Assembly: GCF_006345805.1 (NCBI RefSeq)
Contig: NC_043000.1
Location: forward strand, 10,416,001 to 10,480,000
DNA from: Octopus sinensis
Taxonomy: Eukaryota
DNA: 64,000 bases
Reading direction: 5' to 3'
Shown here: positions 37,478-51,598 of the stretch, piece by piece
How the letters are laid out: each line of letters starts with the position of its first letter
How positions within the stretch are numbered: the stretch's first letter is position 1
Notes under the pieces: generated by a model
Database searches by the model: none
Seen by the model: the letters and a program-made list of their open reading frames with translations, nothing else
Told to the model about the DNA's origin: nothing
Program-made: the position numbers and the translations under genes

Positions 37478-37621
37478 AGGCGTAGGAGTGGCTGTGTGGT
37501 AAGTAGCTTGCTAACCAGTCCCACTGTGTGGCTTCTTGGGCAAGTGTCTTCTGCTATAGCCCCGGGCCGACCAATGCCTTGTGAGTGGATTTGGTAGACG
37601 GAAACTGAAAGACGCCTGTCG

Positions 37622-37658
<37 letters not shown>

Positions 37659-37868
37659 TTCTGTGTTTGTCCCCCTAGCATTGCCTGACAACCGATGCTG
37701 GTGTGTTTACGTCCCCGTCACTTAGCGGTTCGGCAAAAGAGACCGATAGAATAAGTACTGGGCTTCCAAAGAATAAGTTCCGGTGTCGATTTGCTCGGCT
37801 AAAGGCGATGCTCCAGCATGGCCGCAGTCAAATGACTGAAACAAGTAAAAGAGAAAAGAGTAAAGAGT
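37478..37868 (+). mobile_element. SINE family A
   Basis: Match with a small internal deletion. Confidence 0.85.
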
Positions 37869-38085
37869 ACTGTTCAGTTATGGAGGAATTAAGGCAGTCA
37901 GTATATAACTAATCTTGGTAGATTGTCAGAGGAATTAGAAGCCATCAACTACATGACTAGGAAAGCAACTAATGTAATATGTCAGAGCAATTCTGAAGAT
38001 GTTTTTGTCTAACCCATTCTAACATGACAAAGACAGACATAAAATGAAGGATATTTAAAAAGGGAAATCAAATAGAGACATTTAC

Positions 38086-38216
38086 CTCCTCGTTACATTT
38101 GTCCATGTTGATGTTCGGCAATCTCTCTTCGGTCAATTTGACTAGTTTGTTGATTCTGTTGGAAAACCCTTGAATTACTTTGTCTTTGTTGTGACAGTTA
38201 ATCATTGAATAATATT
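38086..38216 (-). CDS. ZC3HC1: ZC3HC1 exon 5
   Basis: EYYSMINCHNKDKVIQGFSNRINKLVKLTEERLPNI resembles human ILVSEFLDRFQSLCHLDLQLPSL; tttctatag/GTAAAT, phase 1-0. Confidence 0.88.
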
Positions 38217-38942
38217 CTATAGAAAGAAAAAAAAAAAAAAAGAAAAAATAAAGCGTTCCATGTTTAGCTCTAAGAATGATTGCAACAGTGAAATCAGATC
38301 TACCAGTAGAGAGACAATACTTCAGATTAGAGCAGAGATATTAGTTCTGCAAATACAGAAGTGGTACTTGTAATTATTTCAATGATATCAGATTAACCAA
38401 TATAGTAGTGTGATGTGCAAGTAGAACCAGGGTAGCTAGCATAACAATACTAATCATAAATAATTTATGATTTATATGTGTGATATCAGATTTCCCAATA
38501 TAGAAGTGATTATAGCTGAGAAAGTACTTCTACTGCTATTTAGTAGTGGGACAAATTACATCAATAAATAATAAATATATGCATTGCCAGGAAACATTAC
38601 TAAGTCAACATACAAAAAATAAATGTTTTTTTTCTCACTAACTCCAACTGTAGATTAAGGAAATCTTAGAAAATAAGTGGAAGAGACTATAGTACTTAAA
38701 CAGCACTTAAAAATACATTCTTTACAAGCAATTGTAAAAGTAAATCCTCAACCTTTAACATCCATACTCCATGCTGGCATAGGATGGATGGTTTGTCACA
38801 AACTGACTAGCCAGAGGTCTGTGCCAAGCTCCTAAGTCTACTGTAACAAGGTTTCTATAACTGGATGCCCTTCTTAATGCCAACCACTGAACAGAGCATA
38901 CTCCCCTTACAGAGTGGGTGTAGAACTGAGAGAAGTGGCTTA

Positions 38943-39240
38943 TCATCATCCTCATCCTCATTTAACGTCCACTTTCCATGCTAGCATGGGTTGGACATTT
39001 TGACTGAGGTCTGGCAAACGAGATGGCTGCACCAGACTCCAATCTGATCTGGCAGAGTTTCTACAGCTGGATGCCCTTCCAAATGCCAACCACTCCGAGA
39101 GTGTAGTGGATGTTTTTACGTGCCACCAGCACAAGGGAAAGTCAGGCGGTACTGGCAACGGCCACACTCAAATAGTGCTTTTTATGTGCCACCTGCACAG
39201 GAGCCAGTCCAGCAGCACTGGCAAAGGCCTCGCTCGAACG
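38943..39240 (-). mobile_element. SINE family B
   Basis: Match to other copies. Confidence 0.8.
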
Positions 39241-39278
39241 TTTTTTTTTTAATTTAATTAATGTAATATTAAATTAAA

Positions 39279-39565
39279 TCTTTATATATAAAAGTAAGTT
39301 GTGTGTCTGTCTCCTACGATTTAGATTCCTAACTACTCCCACATTTTGCGGTGCAGTTTAACCAAAACCGGGTATCTTATTGTCGTGATTCATATCGAGC
39401 CCTTCTGGGTATTAGCACGCGTCTATGATGAGTCAACGATTTAAAAAAAAATTCACCATAATTTTTTTTTCCATTTTTAATGCATTTTTTTGCTATTTTT
39501 TGGCTATAACTCTCTAAAAATGTTTATATAGTTATTTCCCTTACAAACCCGAGCAACACTGCTAG
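39279..39565 (+). mobile_element. Non-autonomous Helitron
   Basis: 5' TC and 3' CTAG termini inserted between A and T; the 3' hairpin appears truncated. Confidence 0.65.
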
Positions 39566-40576
39566 TACAAGATAAACCTTACATAGATTTGTCAAATCAT
39601 AAGAAAATGATGCCAAGGGATTAAATACAAAGCGATTACTCTTGTAAAATTTTGAGAAGTTATTAAGACACTCCAATCAGAAGTATCTTTTATACCATTA
39701 CTCTTTTCCAATAACTCATTAACGCAGACTGGACTTGATTGGTTTCACCCTTTAGTGCTCAGATTACACTGTTAAATGTAATAATTTTTCACTCAGATTG
39801 TTTTGAATTAATCATGCATTATCTTATAGCTTTTAAGTTTCAATGATGTGACTGTTTATTTTTAGAATGTCGATGAAGGTTAGGTGTGAGAGGCTAGATA
39901 TGGCCAGTTTGAATATAAAACATGTGGAATATCTGGGCCAGATATGGCCGGTTTAAACACTAAAGGGTTAAGCATCAATGTTTAGATCTCAATACAGGTA
40001 TAGTCTTGATTAATTTAAAATTACCATTCCCACCACAAGAAGTATGATAGTGCTTTCTTGATGAATATAACCTTAACAGTGCATATGTAAATAAACCAAA
40101 CTAAGCTAGTTAAAGACATGCGTTTTCACCAATGACAGGAAACAACAATAGTGATAAGACATGAACCACAAATACATTAGGTTTAACCCTTGCCAGAACT
40201 GACCTCACCTGTGCTGGTCTCATGTAAAAAGCACTCAGTCCACTCTGTGGAGTAATTGGTATTAGGAAGAGCATCCAGTTGTAAAAACCATGTCAAAACA
40301 GACACTGAAACCTGGTGCAGTCTTTTGCCTAGCCAGCCTCTGTCAGACCATCCAACCCATGCCAGCATGGAAAGCAGATGTTAATAATGATGATGATGAT
40401 GATCTATACATAATGCAAGGATATTGTAGATAAGCCAGTTACTGCAGTATTCATTCTGAGATAACATCTCTTACGAACATGCTGTATTAAAAACACAATA
40501 TCCATAACGTATGTCATCTCAGGACAAATACCTCTAGAAGAGGCCTATCAACAGTGTATATACATTAAGTATAATA

Positions 40577-41030
40577 TGGGGCGGGGCAGAAAAGTTCCTG
40601 GCTTTGGGTAAAAGAAAATACAGGAGGACCAGTTAATTATGATTTTATTCAACATATTCCCCACTCTGATTCACACACTTACTGCAGTGGCCCTTTAGTT
40701 TTTCTAAGCACTGCAAATGATCTCAGAAGTTGGGCCTCTAACCAGGCCTTTCACGATACCCTTAAAGCCAATAACTTTCCAGCACCCCACACATACACAC
40801 ATATATGTATATGGAGGAGGGGGCAAAAAGTTCCTGGCTTTAGGTAAAAGAAAATACAGGACGATCAGTTAATTGATTTTATTCAACACAATCACCACTC
40901 AGATTCACACACTTATTACAGTGGTCCTTCAGATTTTCTAAGCCCTGTAAAAGAACTCAGAAGGGTGGGCCTCCAACCAGGCCTTTTGCAATACCTTAAA
41001 AGTCAGGAACATTACAGCACCTCCCTCGTA
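40577..41030. mobile_element. Two adjacent mariner-type MITEs (about 215 bp each)
   Basis: Both start GGGG..AAAAGTTCCTGGCTTT and end with the inverted AAAG(C/T)CA..AAC....CAGCACC; TA context. Confidence 0.75.
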
Positions 41031-41141
41031 CATAAATGGCTATCACAAATACATTTCTTGGTAACCTTATACTCTAATAATTCAACAGGAAATGACAAGC
41101 CTCTAAACAAAGACAAGGATAATCAAATATAATTTCCCAAC

Positions 41142-41225
41142 CTGGACTAGGATTAGATGACCAAGGACACAGTGGTTCATGAGACGTAACCAGGGATTTC
41201 TTTAGCTTCTTACAGAATTCTTTAT
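41142..41225 (-). CDS. ZC3HC1: ZC3HC1 exon 4
   Basis: KEFCKKLKKSLVTSHEPLCPWSSNPSP resembles human RCAELKKALCTAHEKFCFWPDSPSP (His/Cys of the first C3HC finger); ctttcag/GTTGGG, phase 1-1. Confidence 0.92.
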
Positions 41226-41976
41226 CTGAAAGATGAATACAAACGCAAATCATAAAATACATCAACATAGCTAGGTGCAGAGGGAATGTTAGAATTCATA
41301 ATCCACAGTTTTCTTTGCATGTATAATTTATACCTATTTCTTTATTACCCACAAGGGGCTAAACACAGAGGACAGACATAGGTATTAAGTCGATTACATT
41401 GACCCCAGTACTTAATTTATCGACCCCCGAAAGGATGAAAGGCAAAGTCGACCTCGGCGGAATTCGAACTTAGAACGTAACAACAGACGAAATGCCGCTA
41501 AGCATTTCGCCCAGCGCGCTAACGTGCCTGCCAGCTCACCGCCTTAGTATGTATAATTTATACCACTATTATTATTTAACATCTATTTTCCATGCTGGTA
41601 GAGGATTTGGAGGAGTTGTTATTGCTCAAATTATCAATAAAAAAAAGAAAATGCAGTGTGCACACTGGAAGAAACAGATGCATAGGGAGGAAAATACATG
41701 CACACACTGACATACATACTCATTAGTGAATATGCATGCACAAATACACAAACAAAACATGCACACACATATACACACACACACTTGTGTGACATACCAA
41801 CCCACTATATATATCATACTTATATAAGTATGCTGGTATACTTATATAAATACACACATATGTGTGTGTGTGTGTGTATATCCCTCGCTCTCTCTTTCGG
41901 AGAGGCACAAGCACCTACACGTACACACACGGCAGTAACTTCCACCTACCGAATTCAATCACAAAGCTCCGGTCAG

Positions 41977-42009
<33 letters not shown>

Positions 42010-42014
<5 letters not shown>

Positions 42015-42240
42015 CTTTATTGCCCACAAGGGGCTAAACATAGGGGGGACAAACAAGGACAGACAAACGGATTAAGTCGATTACATCGACCCCAGTGCGC
42101 AACTGGTACTTTATTCATCGACTCCGAAAAGATGAAAGGCAAAGTTGACCTCGGCGGAATTTGAACTCACAACGTAACGACAGACGAAATACCGCTACGC
42201 ATTTCGCCCGGCATGCTAACGTTTCTGCCAGCTCGCCGCC
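42010..42240 (-). mobile_element. SINE family C (low divergence)
   Basis: Full length; neighbour copy at 41333-41545. Confidence 0.88.
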
Positions 42241-42936
42241 TTTTATATATACATATATATACATATATATTATTCAACTACGGTAGCAGTTGAATGATAC
42301 TCTTAAGGCTGCAATTTCCCCACACATAGCTTCTTTGAGAGCTTGCAGCTAATTCAGTTCTTAACTAAACTGAAAACTGTTAACATTTTTGAAGAGGATA
42401 GGTCCCTTGCTACATTTTGGCATAAAAAAAATTGAGATTTGACCCAATAGAAAAAAGTTTATATCAAAATTTGTAGCAACATTATAGGAGAGTAAGTAAT
42501 GCCACCAATCAAGTTTAGATCTAAATAACTTCTTATATTTTAGAAGCAAAATATTTTTATCTTAGCTTCAATGATAGGAGAAAGCATGAAGAATTTCAGT
42601 TTTGTTCCCATGCAACAAAAATTTGTATCAAAAAATTTGTAAGGTAAATATCATTCAAAAAATATAAGGCAAAAAATTGGATTAGAGTATAATTAACTTT
42701 TTTATTTTAAAAACAAATTATATTTTAATTAAGCTTAAATGATAGAGCTAAATTTGAGGAATTTCAAGGTATCAATCTCATGCAATGAAGTTTTAAAAGA
42801 AAACAGTTATGAGTGTTTGTTTCTCTAATTTGAGGGTGATAATATAGTTCTATACGTTTTTATGAATATAGTTTTATAAGGGGACTTTTAATATATGTCA
42901 CTGGCATCAGTGAGGCATAGCCTGGAAAAAACATGG

Positions 42937-43795
42937 ATTACATGTTAAAATGTGAGCAAAAAAAATAATATTCTTAAAATTATAAACCTGGAAAATTACA
43001 GGACAAGTTATTACACTTGGAAAAGTTCAGGACAACTTATTACATCTTGTAAAGTACAGAACAAGAAAAACTTTTACTTAAAATATTGCAGCTAAGGATA
43101 AAATCTGAATATTAAAGATTATTTGATTTTAATTTACAAAGTAATATTATAATTAAAAAAAGGTACCATCATTTTGTTAAAACATTGACATACTAGAATA
43201 CTTAAAAAATGAGAGCCAGAAGTACCAATATAGCTAAAGTTTTATGCAAAGTAGAATAGTATATATTGTAGGCAAATTCCTTATGTAAAAAATAGGTATT
43301 GTGTCAAGACTTGGCAATAACCCAAGCAAATTTTACTGTGAATTTGTTGTTATAGGTAGATTTTACTGTAATATATAACTAATTTTTGTATTATTCTATT
43401 TATTGTACTAATTAATTATGTACTACTATTATCTTTTATAACCTAATTTCAAATTTATAATTATTAATTAATAATTTTAAAAAATGAATTTTTTTAAAGT
43501 GCAAAAAATATTTTGAGTTATTTTATATTTTTAATAGAAGTAACAAGTAATAACAAATAGAAATAACTTGTAATAAAATTTTTAGTTTTGATAAAAGCCA
43601 ATATTTTCTAAATCTAAATATTTCATTTGAAATTTTATCCTAAGCTGCAATATTTTAAGTAAAAATTTTCTTGTTCTGTACTTCAGCAGATGTAATAAGT
43701 TGTCCTGAACTTTTCCAAGTGTAATAACTTGTCCTGTAATTTTCCAGGTTTATAATCTTAATATTATTTCTCTTGCTTGCATTTTTCCATGTAAT
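42937..43795. mobile_element. Foldback/MITE-like element with about 165-bp inverted arms
   Basis: 42937-43104 is the reverse complement of 43632-43795 with a long exact central match; very AT-rich spacer. Confidence 0.75.
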
Positions 43796-44019
43796 ATTTA
43801 TATTATCAATGGCTCACCAGTTCCACAGGATTGGAGAGATACTATACAGATTTTACTGTACAATGAAAAAGGTGTCGAGTCCAACCATGTCACCTTGCTT
43901 GCTATATATTTCCTTATACTTATTGACTAGATATTTGCAAGACTTTTTATTGAATCAAATGCTAACATACATAATATACACATGCTACATCTTTGTCTAA
44001 GAGTCTCTGTGTAGATTCA

Positions 44020-44290
44020 GATCTGGTGCAGGCACCACCACAAATATGGTCTTTAGTGTCAGACAGCTACAGAAGTACAAATAGACACTCCCTCTTTACT
44101 AAGTTTTCATTGACGCAACAAAAGCTTTTGACAAGGTGTATACAAATGCAATGGAGAATCTTGAGGAAGTTTTGGTGCCCACATCAGTTTGTTGATATGT
44201 TTGCCAAAATATACTTTGGTATGAAGGCTTACTCTAACTCAGATGGTGCTATGTCAGAACTGATTCCAGTCGACTATTGTATTAAACTGG
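44020..44290 (+). mobile_element. RTE LINE RT fragment
   Basis: Frameshifted RFRSGAGTT..MVFSVRQLQKY...FIDATKAFDKV motifs. Confidence 0.65.
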
Positions 44291-44769
44291 ATGATATATC
44301 TGTACAATGAGACTGAGACAGTAGCTCCAAGCCTACACCTAAGCATACATACTACAATCACCAAACATGGATATAAAGATAGTACATGAACGAATGTTAT
44401 ATATGCACACATACACAAAAGACAGTTTTAAAATGCATACACTCCCCTACACTTAAGCGCATATGTACAGATGCACATAAATGCACTCACGGAAGCATGC
44501 ATGAGCACACATATACACCAATGGATGTTTAGATAAATGGAGAGAAGTTAATTAAAAATAATAAAATGTTAACTTACAAATATAAGTATATAAATAGCAA
44601 AGCGAATAAAGGTAAATGGAAAGTTAAAAAAGAATAGAAATAGCTTAATAAGGACATTTAAGGATATGGAAAATTAATAAATAACATGTGAATGTAAAAT
44701 ACATGTAAATATACGCACACACACATATATATATATATATGTATAAATGAATATTATATAGATTTGTAT

Positions 44770-45890
44770 GTTAGTAAGGTAAATGTTGGCAATGAGTATA
44801 GCGAAGAACTCTGGATAGAAGTAGGGGTTCACCAAGGATCAGCTCCGTCTTATTCATTATAGTCCTCCAGGCAATAACAGAAGAATTCAAGACGAGCTGT
44901 CCCTGGGAGCTCCTCTATGCTGATGACCTTGCTCTCATAGCAGAATCACTACCAGAACTAGAAGAAATTTCAGGTGTAGAAGCAAAGTTTAGAGAAGGGC
45001 CTTAGAGTCAATGTTGCAAAAACCAAAGTCCTAGTAAGCAGGAAGGTGAACACATCACAAACTCCTTCAGGTAGATGGCCCTGCTCAATCTGTAGAAAAG
45101 GTGTAGGTAGAAACTCCATAAGCTGCACCCAGTATAAGCTATGGATGCATGAGAGGTGCAGCAACATCAAAGGAAGGTTAATTGGGAAGATAGCTTTTGT
45201 GTGTGGCAAATACACAGGGGCAGTAAACACTGCAGATGCTCAGAAAACTGATTCCATCACATGTCAGGGAAGAAAATAGAAGTAGTTGATAGCGTCCGCT
45301 ACCTAGGTGACCAAGTCTGTATTTGGGGTGGATGCTCAGAGAGCATTGCCACTAGAATAAGAATAGCCTCGGCAAAGTTCAGATAGCTCCTACCTCTACT
45401 GGTGACGAAGGGCCTCTTGCTCAGAGTGAAAGGTAGATTGTATGATGCATGTGTGTGAACTGCCATGCTTCACGGCAATGAAACAAGGGCCGTGACTACT
45501 GAAGACGTATGTAGGCTTGAAAGAAATGAAACTAGTATGATCCACTGGATGTGTAATGCCAGTGTGCACACAGGACAGAGTGTAAGTGCCCCGAGAAAAA
45601 TGTTGGACATAAGAAGCATCAGATGTGGTATGCAAGAGAGGCAACTGTGCTGGTACGGTCCTGTGCTATGTATGGATGAGGAGAGCTGTGTGAAGAAGTG
45701 TCACTCCCTAACAGTGGAAGGAACTCGTGGAAGAGGGAGACTCAGGAAGACATGGGATGAGGTGGTGAAGCATGACCTTTGAACGTTGGGCCTCACAGAG
45801 GCAATGATGAAAGACCGAGACCTCTGGAGATATGCTGTGATTGAGAAGACCAGGCAAGGGAAGTGAGATCACAGCCATAGCCTACACCAG
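44770..45890 (+). mobile_element. Decayed RTE LINE (RT domain to 3' end)
   Basis: GVHQGSA..LFIIVLQAITEEFKT.CPWELLYADDLALIA and GRGRLRKTWDEVVKHDL; several frameshifts. A related antisense copy lies at about 46530-47070. Confidence 0.85.
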
Positions 45891-47959
45891 TATCGCATAA
45901 TTAGCCCATTTAAAAAGTACCTTTGAAACGTCGGGCAACATTCCATGCTTGAGGAAACCTAATGAGTCAAGTAAATTAAAATCAAATCACAATCAAATGG
46001 AAATTGTAGTTATGGGCATTACCAGTGCTGGTGGTACACGATAAGTACCATTCATTCATGCATGAGTCACTGCCAGAGCCACCTGACTGACCCCCACCCC
46101 CATAAAAAGCACCATCCAAACATGATCAATGTCAGCCCCCTGCCCCAACTGGCTCATGTGCCAGTGTCTGGTGCAGCCTCCTGGCTTGCCAGTCTCCAGT
46201 CAAACTGTCCAACGCATGCCAGCATGGAAAACAGACATTAAACGATGATGATGATGAATATAGATATGCACAAACCCACAAGAGCTTACATGCATACGTG
46301 TGTGCAGACACATGTATACATGAGTAAATATACTAAATAACATACATGTAGGAATATGGGGACATACTTGTGCACACATACATTCTCACATGTATAAACA
46401 CGTGGGTGAAAAACAATAGCAAGACTTTATACCATAAATATAGTGACATAAACTAAATTAAAATCTAAAGACTAAAGCTAAATCCTTCAGTGTGGTGAGG
46501 GATGTAGGACTAACATGCCAACCATTCTTCACATTTAAGGACCACACAGTCAACTTTACTTGCAAATCTCTGAAGTTTTTCTAGCTACTATAGTTTCAAG
46601 GCATCCTCCTCCACAGCTGATTAAGTTCCTGGGTAACAGAAGATATCAACCACATTTATGGAACATTCTGGACATTGAACAGAATTGATTTTAGTGCTGC
46701 CCTGATTGCTAAATACCCCTGTACATCTGACACATACAAAGTCTATATTTACAGTCAGTCTGCTTGTGATCCCAGTATATTTCTTGTGCACTCATAGTTC
46801 ACACCATCTTTTTTGTATATCAAGCATGGCCATTTCCCTGATAGCAGTACGGTACTGTCTTTTCCTACTTACAAAAACTTTAACCATTACCAAATTTACT
46901 TTACTCCTGATTTCTAGGCTTTGTATCCACAAATGGAATTTTTCTCTAAGCCTTCCCGGACTTTGCTACAAAGACAAGACCATTGGTATAAACTAGTTCA
47001 CATGAACAGCTGGATTTTCAACTTTTCCTAAATCTGTTATAACTTGGAGGATGAGAATGGAGGATAAGTGGGATGAGAATGGAGCTATGATGAACACCTA
47101 CATCACTGAATGTCTGCTTTCCATGCTGGCATAGGTTGGATGGTTTGACAGGAGCTGGCTAGGCAGAAGACTGTACCATGCTTTGCTGTCTGTTTTGGCA
47201 TGGTTTTTATGGCCAGATGCCCTTGTAACACCAACCATTCCACAGAGTGGACTGAGTGCTTTATACATTGCACCAGCACAAGCGAGGTCAGTTTTGTCAG
47301 GTTTTTTTTTACAGCTGGATGCCCTTCCAAATGCCAACCACTTCACAGTATGGACTGGATGCTTTTTATATGACACCAGCATTGGCAGGGTCACCAAGTA
47401 ACAAGAGATCCTTTAAGAAAGGAAGAGGAGGCATTGGAGGAGGTGATCTTGTGCCAGATGATGAAAGATTACATTGTGACAGTGGACAGAAACAGGTGTC
47501 TTGCTGTAGAGAAGATAGTTATAGAGAGGGAGAGAGAGAACGAGCACAATAAATTCCTCACTGATGCCAGTGTTAATTGCCACTTTACTAACTGCATCTC
47601 TATACAGGATTTGAACTTCTCTCAAAAGTCATTCATCTCTATGTACTTTTCCTAAAGCCTACCAGACTACAAAATCATGGTAACTTGTCAAAAGCCTTCT
47701 CCAGATCAATAAATTCTAGATATAGAGACTTACTAAGAGCTAAACACTCCTTGCAGTTGGTGGTAATTAACATTATATTGTAGGTGCAGGCATGGTTCCT
47801 GGTTCGGTCTCACTGCATGGCACCTTGGACAAGGATCTTCTGTTACAGCTCTAGGTTGGCCAAAGCCATGTGAGTGGATTTGGTAGATGGAAACTGAAGG
47901 AAGCCTAATGTGTATGTGTGGATAATGGTGAGGCACAGACCACAAATCATGCCCAGGCC

Positions 47960-48245
47960 AAGGGCCGTGTGGAGTGGTGTATGCTGACAGAAATGTTAAG
48001 AAATTCGACGGAAGAGTCAGAGACAGTGCAGGAGAATTCGAGGGCAGGATAGAAGGAAACAAAGGAGTCTAGACAGTGATGGGAGAATGAGGATATGCTG
48101 ATACAGTTATCGATACAATGACCATGTAGCTTGAGAGTGGGACCAATGAGTTGTGAGAATATCTGGGCCTTAACATATCCAACAAATAGGTTTGCATAGT
48201 TGGGGCCTATTCTCATTCATGGAGGTGAAGGAAGGACACCACTTA
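47960..48245 (-). mobile_element. Penelope-like element reverse-transcriptase fragment
   Basis: MRIGPNYANLFVGYV...CIDNC...FYPALEFSCTVSDSSVEFLNISVS resembles PLE RT motifs (GP.YANLF, YIDD, F.P.L.FT, FLD). Confidence 0.75.
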
Positions 48246-49759
48246 CATGATGGTGATGTCCATTTACAACTATCATGCAATGAAGAGAGAAGGAGACAGT
48301 AGCACACATATACACACCAGGCTTCTTTCAGTTTCCTCCTTCCACATCAACTCTCAAGGCCTTGATCAGCAGAAGACAACTGCCCAATGTACCAGGCAGT
48401 GGGATTAAACCCACAATCATACAGTTGGGAATCAATTTTCTTACCACAGAGCTACACCTGCACCTATTACACACACACACACACACTTCTGATCCAACAG
48501 CAAAATCTCATTATTGCTTTCAGTTTCACTTTCGGATGTTGGTCACAATGCTCCAGGCTCATTGCTAAATACTACAAAACATGGCTAGTAAAATTATTAA
48601 TACTTTGTATGATCTTACGCCATACAGAGCGACGGCATTCTCCCCCCCCCCACTCGGAAACTTTGGAGAGTGTTTGTGGATGGATGAGTGAAGTGATGTT
48701 GCTCAAAAGGGTACAGAACCAGCATGATGCAACAGGGGTAAACTAGCATATGCAGTCGGGCCCTGCTGCTGATATCGGGGTTTGCTTTCCATGCCTTGAC
48801 CCGAGCATAGGACAGAGCTCACCTGAGCTGGAAAATGAATTGAATACCGGGTGTGTGTCTTGTTGTGACTACCCACTCCTATAGGGAACAGGCCTTGGTA
48901 AATAAAAAAAATTTTTTTTTAATGATTTTGTTTATATTTTCTGCATTATATGTTTACCAGTTTATACATTACTTCATGATGTACACTGGTTCCAAATTTT
49001 GGCACAAGGCCAGCAATTTCAGGGGAGGGAGTAAGTTGATTACATTGACCCCAGTATTCAACTGGTACTTATTTTATCAACCCTGAAAGGATGAAAGGCA
49101 AAGTCGGCCCCAGCAGAATTTGAACTCGCAACATAAAGACAGATGAAATGGCACTTAGCATTTTCCCCAGCGTACTGATGGTTCTGCCCGCTCCTCACCT
49201 TTTTCTTGACGTATATTAATATATTTAGGTCCAGTGGTTGCAGTTTTGCTGAGAGAGGGAGCTACTGATGCTTTTTAATGGGTTGTTAGTATGGGATGCA
49301 TTTTATGACTCTTTTTATTTCTTTTGCCAATTGGGAATAAGAGTTATCATTCCTGACAAAAACCAAAAATGGTTAAAAAGGGGGTCTTTGATCCATACAA
49401 CAAAACATTCCAACAATAATAAAAATATTAACTCTCCACCTTACCATGCATGTAGTGTTTAATTGAACGTTTTCTTTTTCGTTTTTTCACTGAAAATACC
49501 CGGAAAATATATATCATCATCATCATCATTTTTACATTCAATTTTCCATACTAGCATAGATTAAACAAAATGTTTTGAGCCAGTATTTCATGAATGGTTG
49601 CCCTTCCTGATGCCAACCCTTTCAGTTGCTTTCTATGAGCAGAGATATATGAACAAACACACATGTATGTATAATGTCTTGTTACATATATGTATATGTA
49701 TGTATATGTGCGTGTCCATATTTGTGTGTATTATTCTTTTATTTGTTTGTCATTTGGCT

Positions 49760-50115
49760 GTGGCCATGCTGGAGCCCCGCCTTTAGTCAAGCAAATTGAC
49801 CCTAGGACTTATTTTTTGTAAGCCTAGTACTTATTCTATCAGTCTCTTTTGCCAAACCACTACATTATGGGGTCGTAAACACCCTTGCATCAGTTGTCAA
49901 GCGATGTTGGGGTGGGGGGACAAATACAGACACACAAACATATACATACATTATGACGGGCTGCTTTCAGTTTCTGCCTGCCAAATCCACCCACAAGGCT
50001 TTGGTCAGCCCGAGGCTTTAGTATTAGACACTTGCCCAAGGAGCCACGCAGTGGGAATGAACCCAGAACCATGTGGTTGGTAAAGCAAGCTGCTTACCAC
50101 ACAGCCACTCCTGTG
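49760..50115 (-). mobile_element. SINE family A
   Basis: Reverse-complement match. Confidence 0.8.
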
Positions 50116-50616
50116 CCCTTTATGCATATTTGTAGTGAACATATGTGTGTGTGTGTGTTTGCTTGTGAGTTTATGTTTTGAGATTGCTTACATACTTTAG
50201 CAAACATCAGTATCAGTAGATGTGCCATTGTTTAAATCTACCATAAAAGCATGTTCTGCCCATTGAGTAATTTCATTGAGTATAACACCAGGGATACAAG
50301 GAAGGGATGGGCAAAAGAAGGGCATCCAACTCAAGAAAACTGCCTTAAGTATTGTTCAATCTATGCCAATATGGAAAAAGGGGATGCAATATGATAATGA
50401 TGATCATGATGATGATGATTTATATTTATATACATGAGCGTATGTGTGTATATTTGCACATGTAGGTGTACATATGTTGTGTGTGTAAAATATATGCATG
50501 TGTGCGTGCGTGTGCATGCATGCATACATGCCATATAGAAGTAGGTTTCGAATGTATATTTAGAAGGCACAGAGAGTACAACTAGATGTTAAGAAATGTA
50601 TGTCTAGAGTTTTGGC

Positions 50617-50931
50617 GTGGAGGTGCAATGGCCCAGCGGTTAGGGCAGCGGATTCACTGTCGGAGGATCACGGTTTCGATTCCCAGACCAGGCGTTGTGT
50701 GTGTTTATTGAGCGAAAACACCTAAAGCTCCACGAGGCTCAGGCAGGGGGTGGTGGCAACCCCTGTTGTACTCTTTCGCCCAAACTTTCTCCCACTCTCT
50801 CTTCCTGTTTCTTGAGTAACGCTGCGATGGACTGGCGTCCCGTCCAGCTTAAGGGGGAACACATACACCATAGACACCGGAAAACCGGGGCCATGAGCCT
50901 GGCTAGGCTTGAAAAGGGCGCATAAAAAAAA
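50617..50931 (+). mobile_element. tRNA-derived SINE family D with 12-bp TSD
   Basis: TAGAGTTTTGGC at 50605-50616 and 50932-50943; A/B boxes; A-rich tail. Confidence 0.9.
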
Positions 50932-51447
50932 TAGAGTTTTGGCATGTACTCCTAGAGAGTGTAGTGTGTACAATACAGAATGTGGGGTGTACATAGAGAA
51001 GGCAGTGTGTATATCAAGACGCTGTAGAGCACTTGCGGAGTGCATATCAATAAGATAAGGAGTGTGGAGGTTGTGCAGTGTACATCAATAAATCTTGCAG
51101 TGTTCACCGAAAGGAGGTGGAGTATACCACTACACAATGCGAAGGGAACCACTAGAGAGCATGGAGTGTATATCAAGAGGGTGTGGATTGTACATTGAGA
51201 AAATGTAGGGTGTGCATCTAGAGACTGCATACTGTACACTGTGGGATTGTGGAGAGTACATACTAAGTGCTACAATTTTTTTTTTATACTTTGTTTAGAA
51301 GTGGAAATGCTATGAACAAAGCAATGAATGATAATGAAATAAATGTTTCGCAAAATATAAAAACAACTAAGAAAACAAAACATTAATTGCTGGTAAATTC
51401 ACATGATATGAAATGAAATTAAATAAATTAGAAATTTGCATTCTTAC

Positions 51448-51598
51448 ATGATTCTTGTTTGGAAGAAGCTGGCAACTTGGCACAGAGAGCAGCTCTGCAA
51501 CAAACACAGTGTAGCATATCAACATCGGTGTTCTGCCAACCATATCGTGCACAGATCATTGGTGATAAAGACAGGGGTTTAGCAAACCAAGTCCGAAC
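51448..51598 (-). CDS. ZC3HC1: ZC3HC1 exon 3
   Basis: VRTWFAKPLSLSPMICARYGWQNTDVDMLHCVCCRAALC resembles human KWAGKPFELSPLVCAKYGWVTVECDMLKCSSCQAFLC; donor GTAAGA, phase 0-1. Confidence 0.95.

Noticed and set aside
45895-45940. GCCC...AAAG-TAC-CTTT-GAAAC-GTC-GGGC hammerhead-like layout
   Set aside because: No CUGANGA core (ATTTAA instead); lies in an RTE 3' tail.
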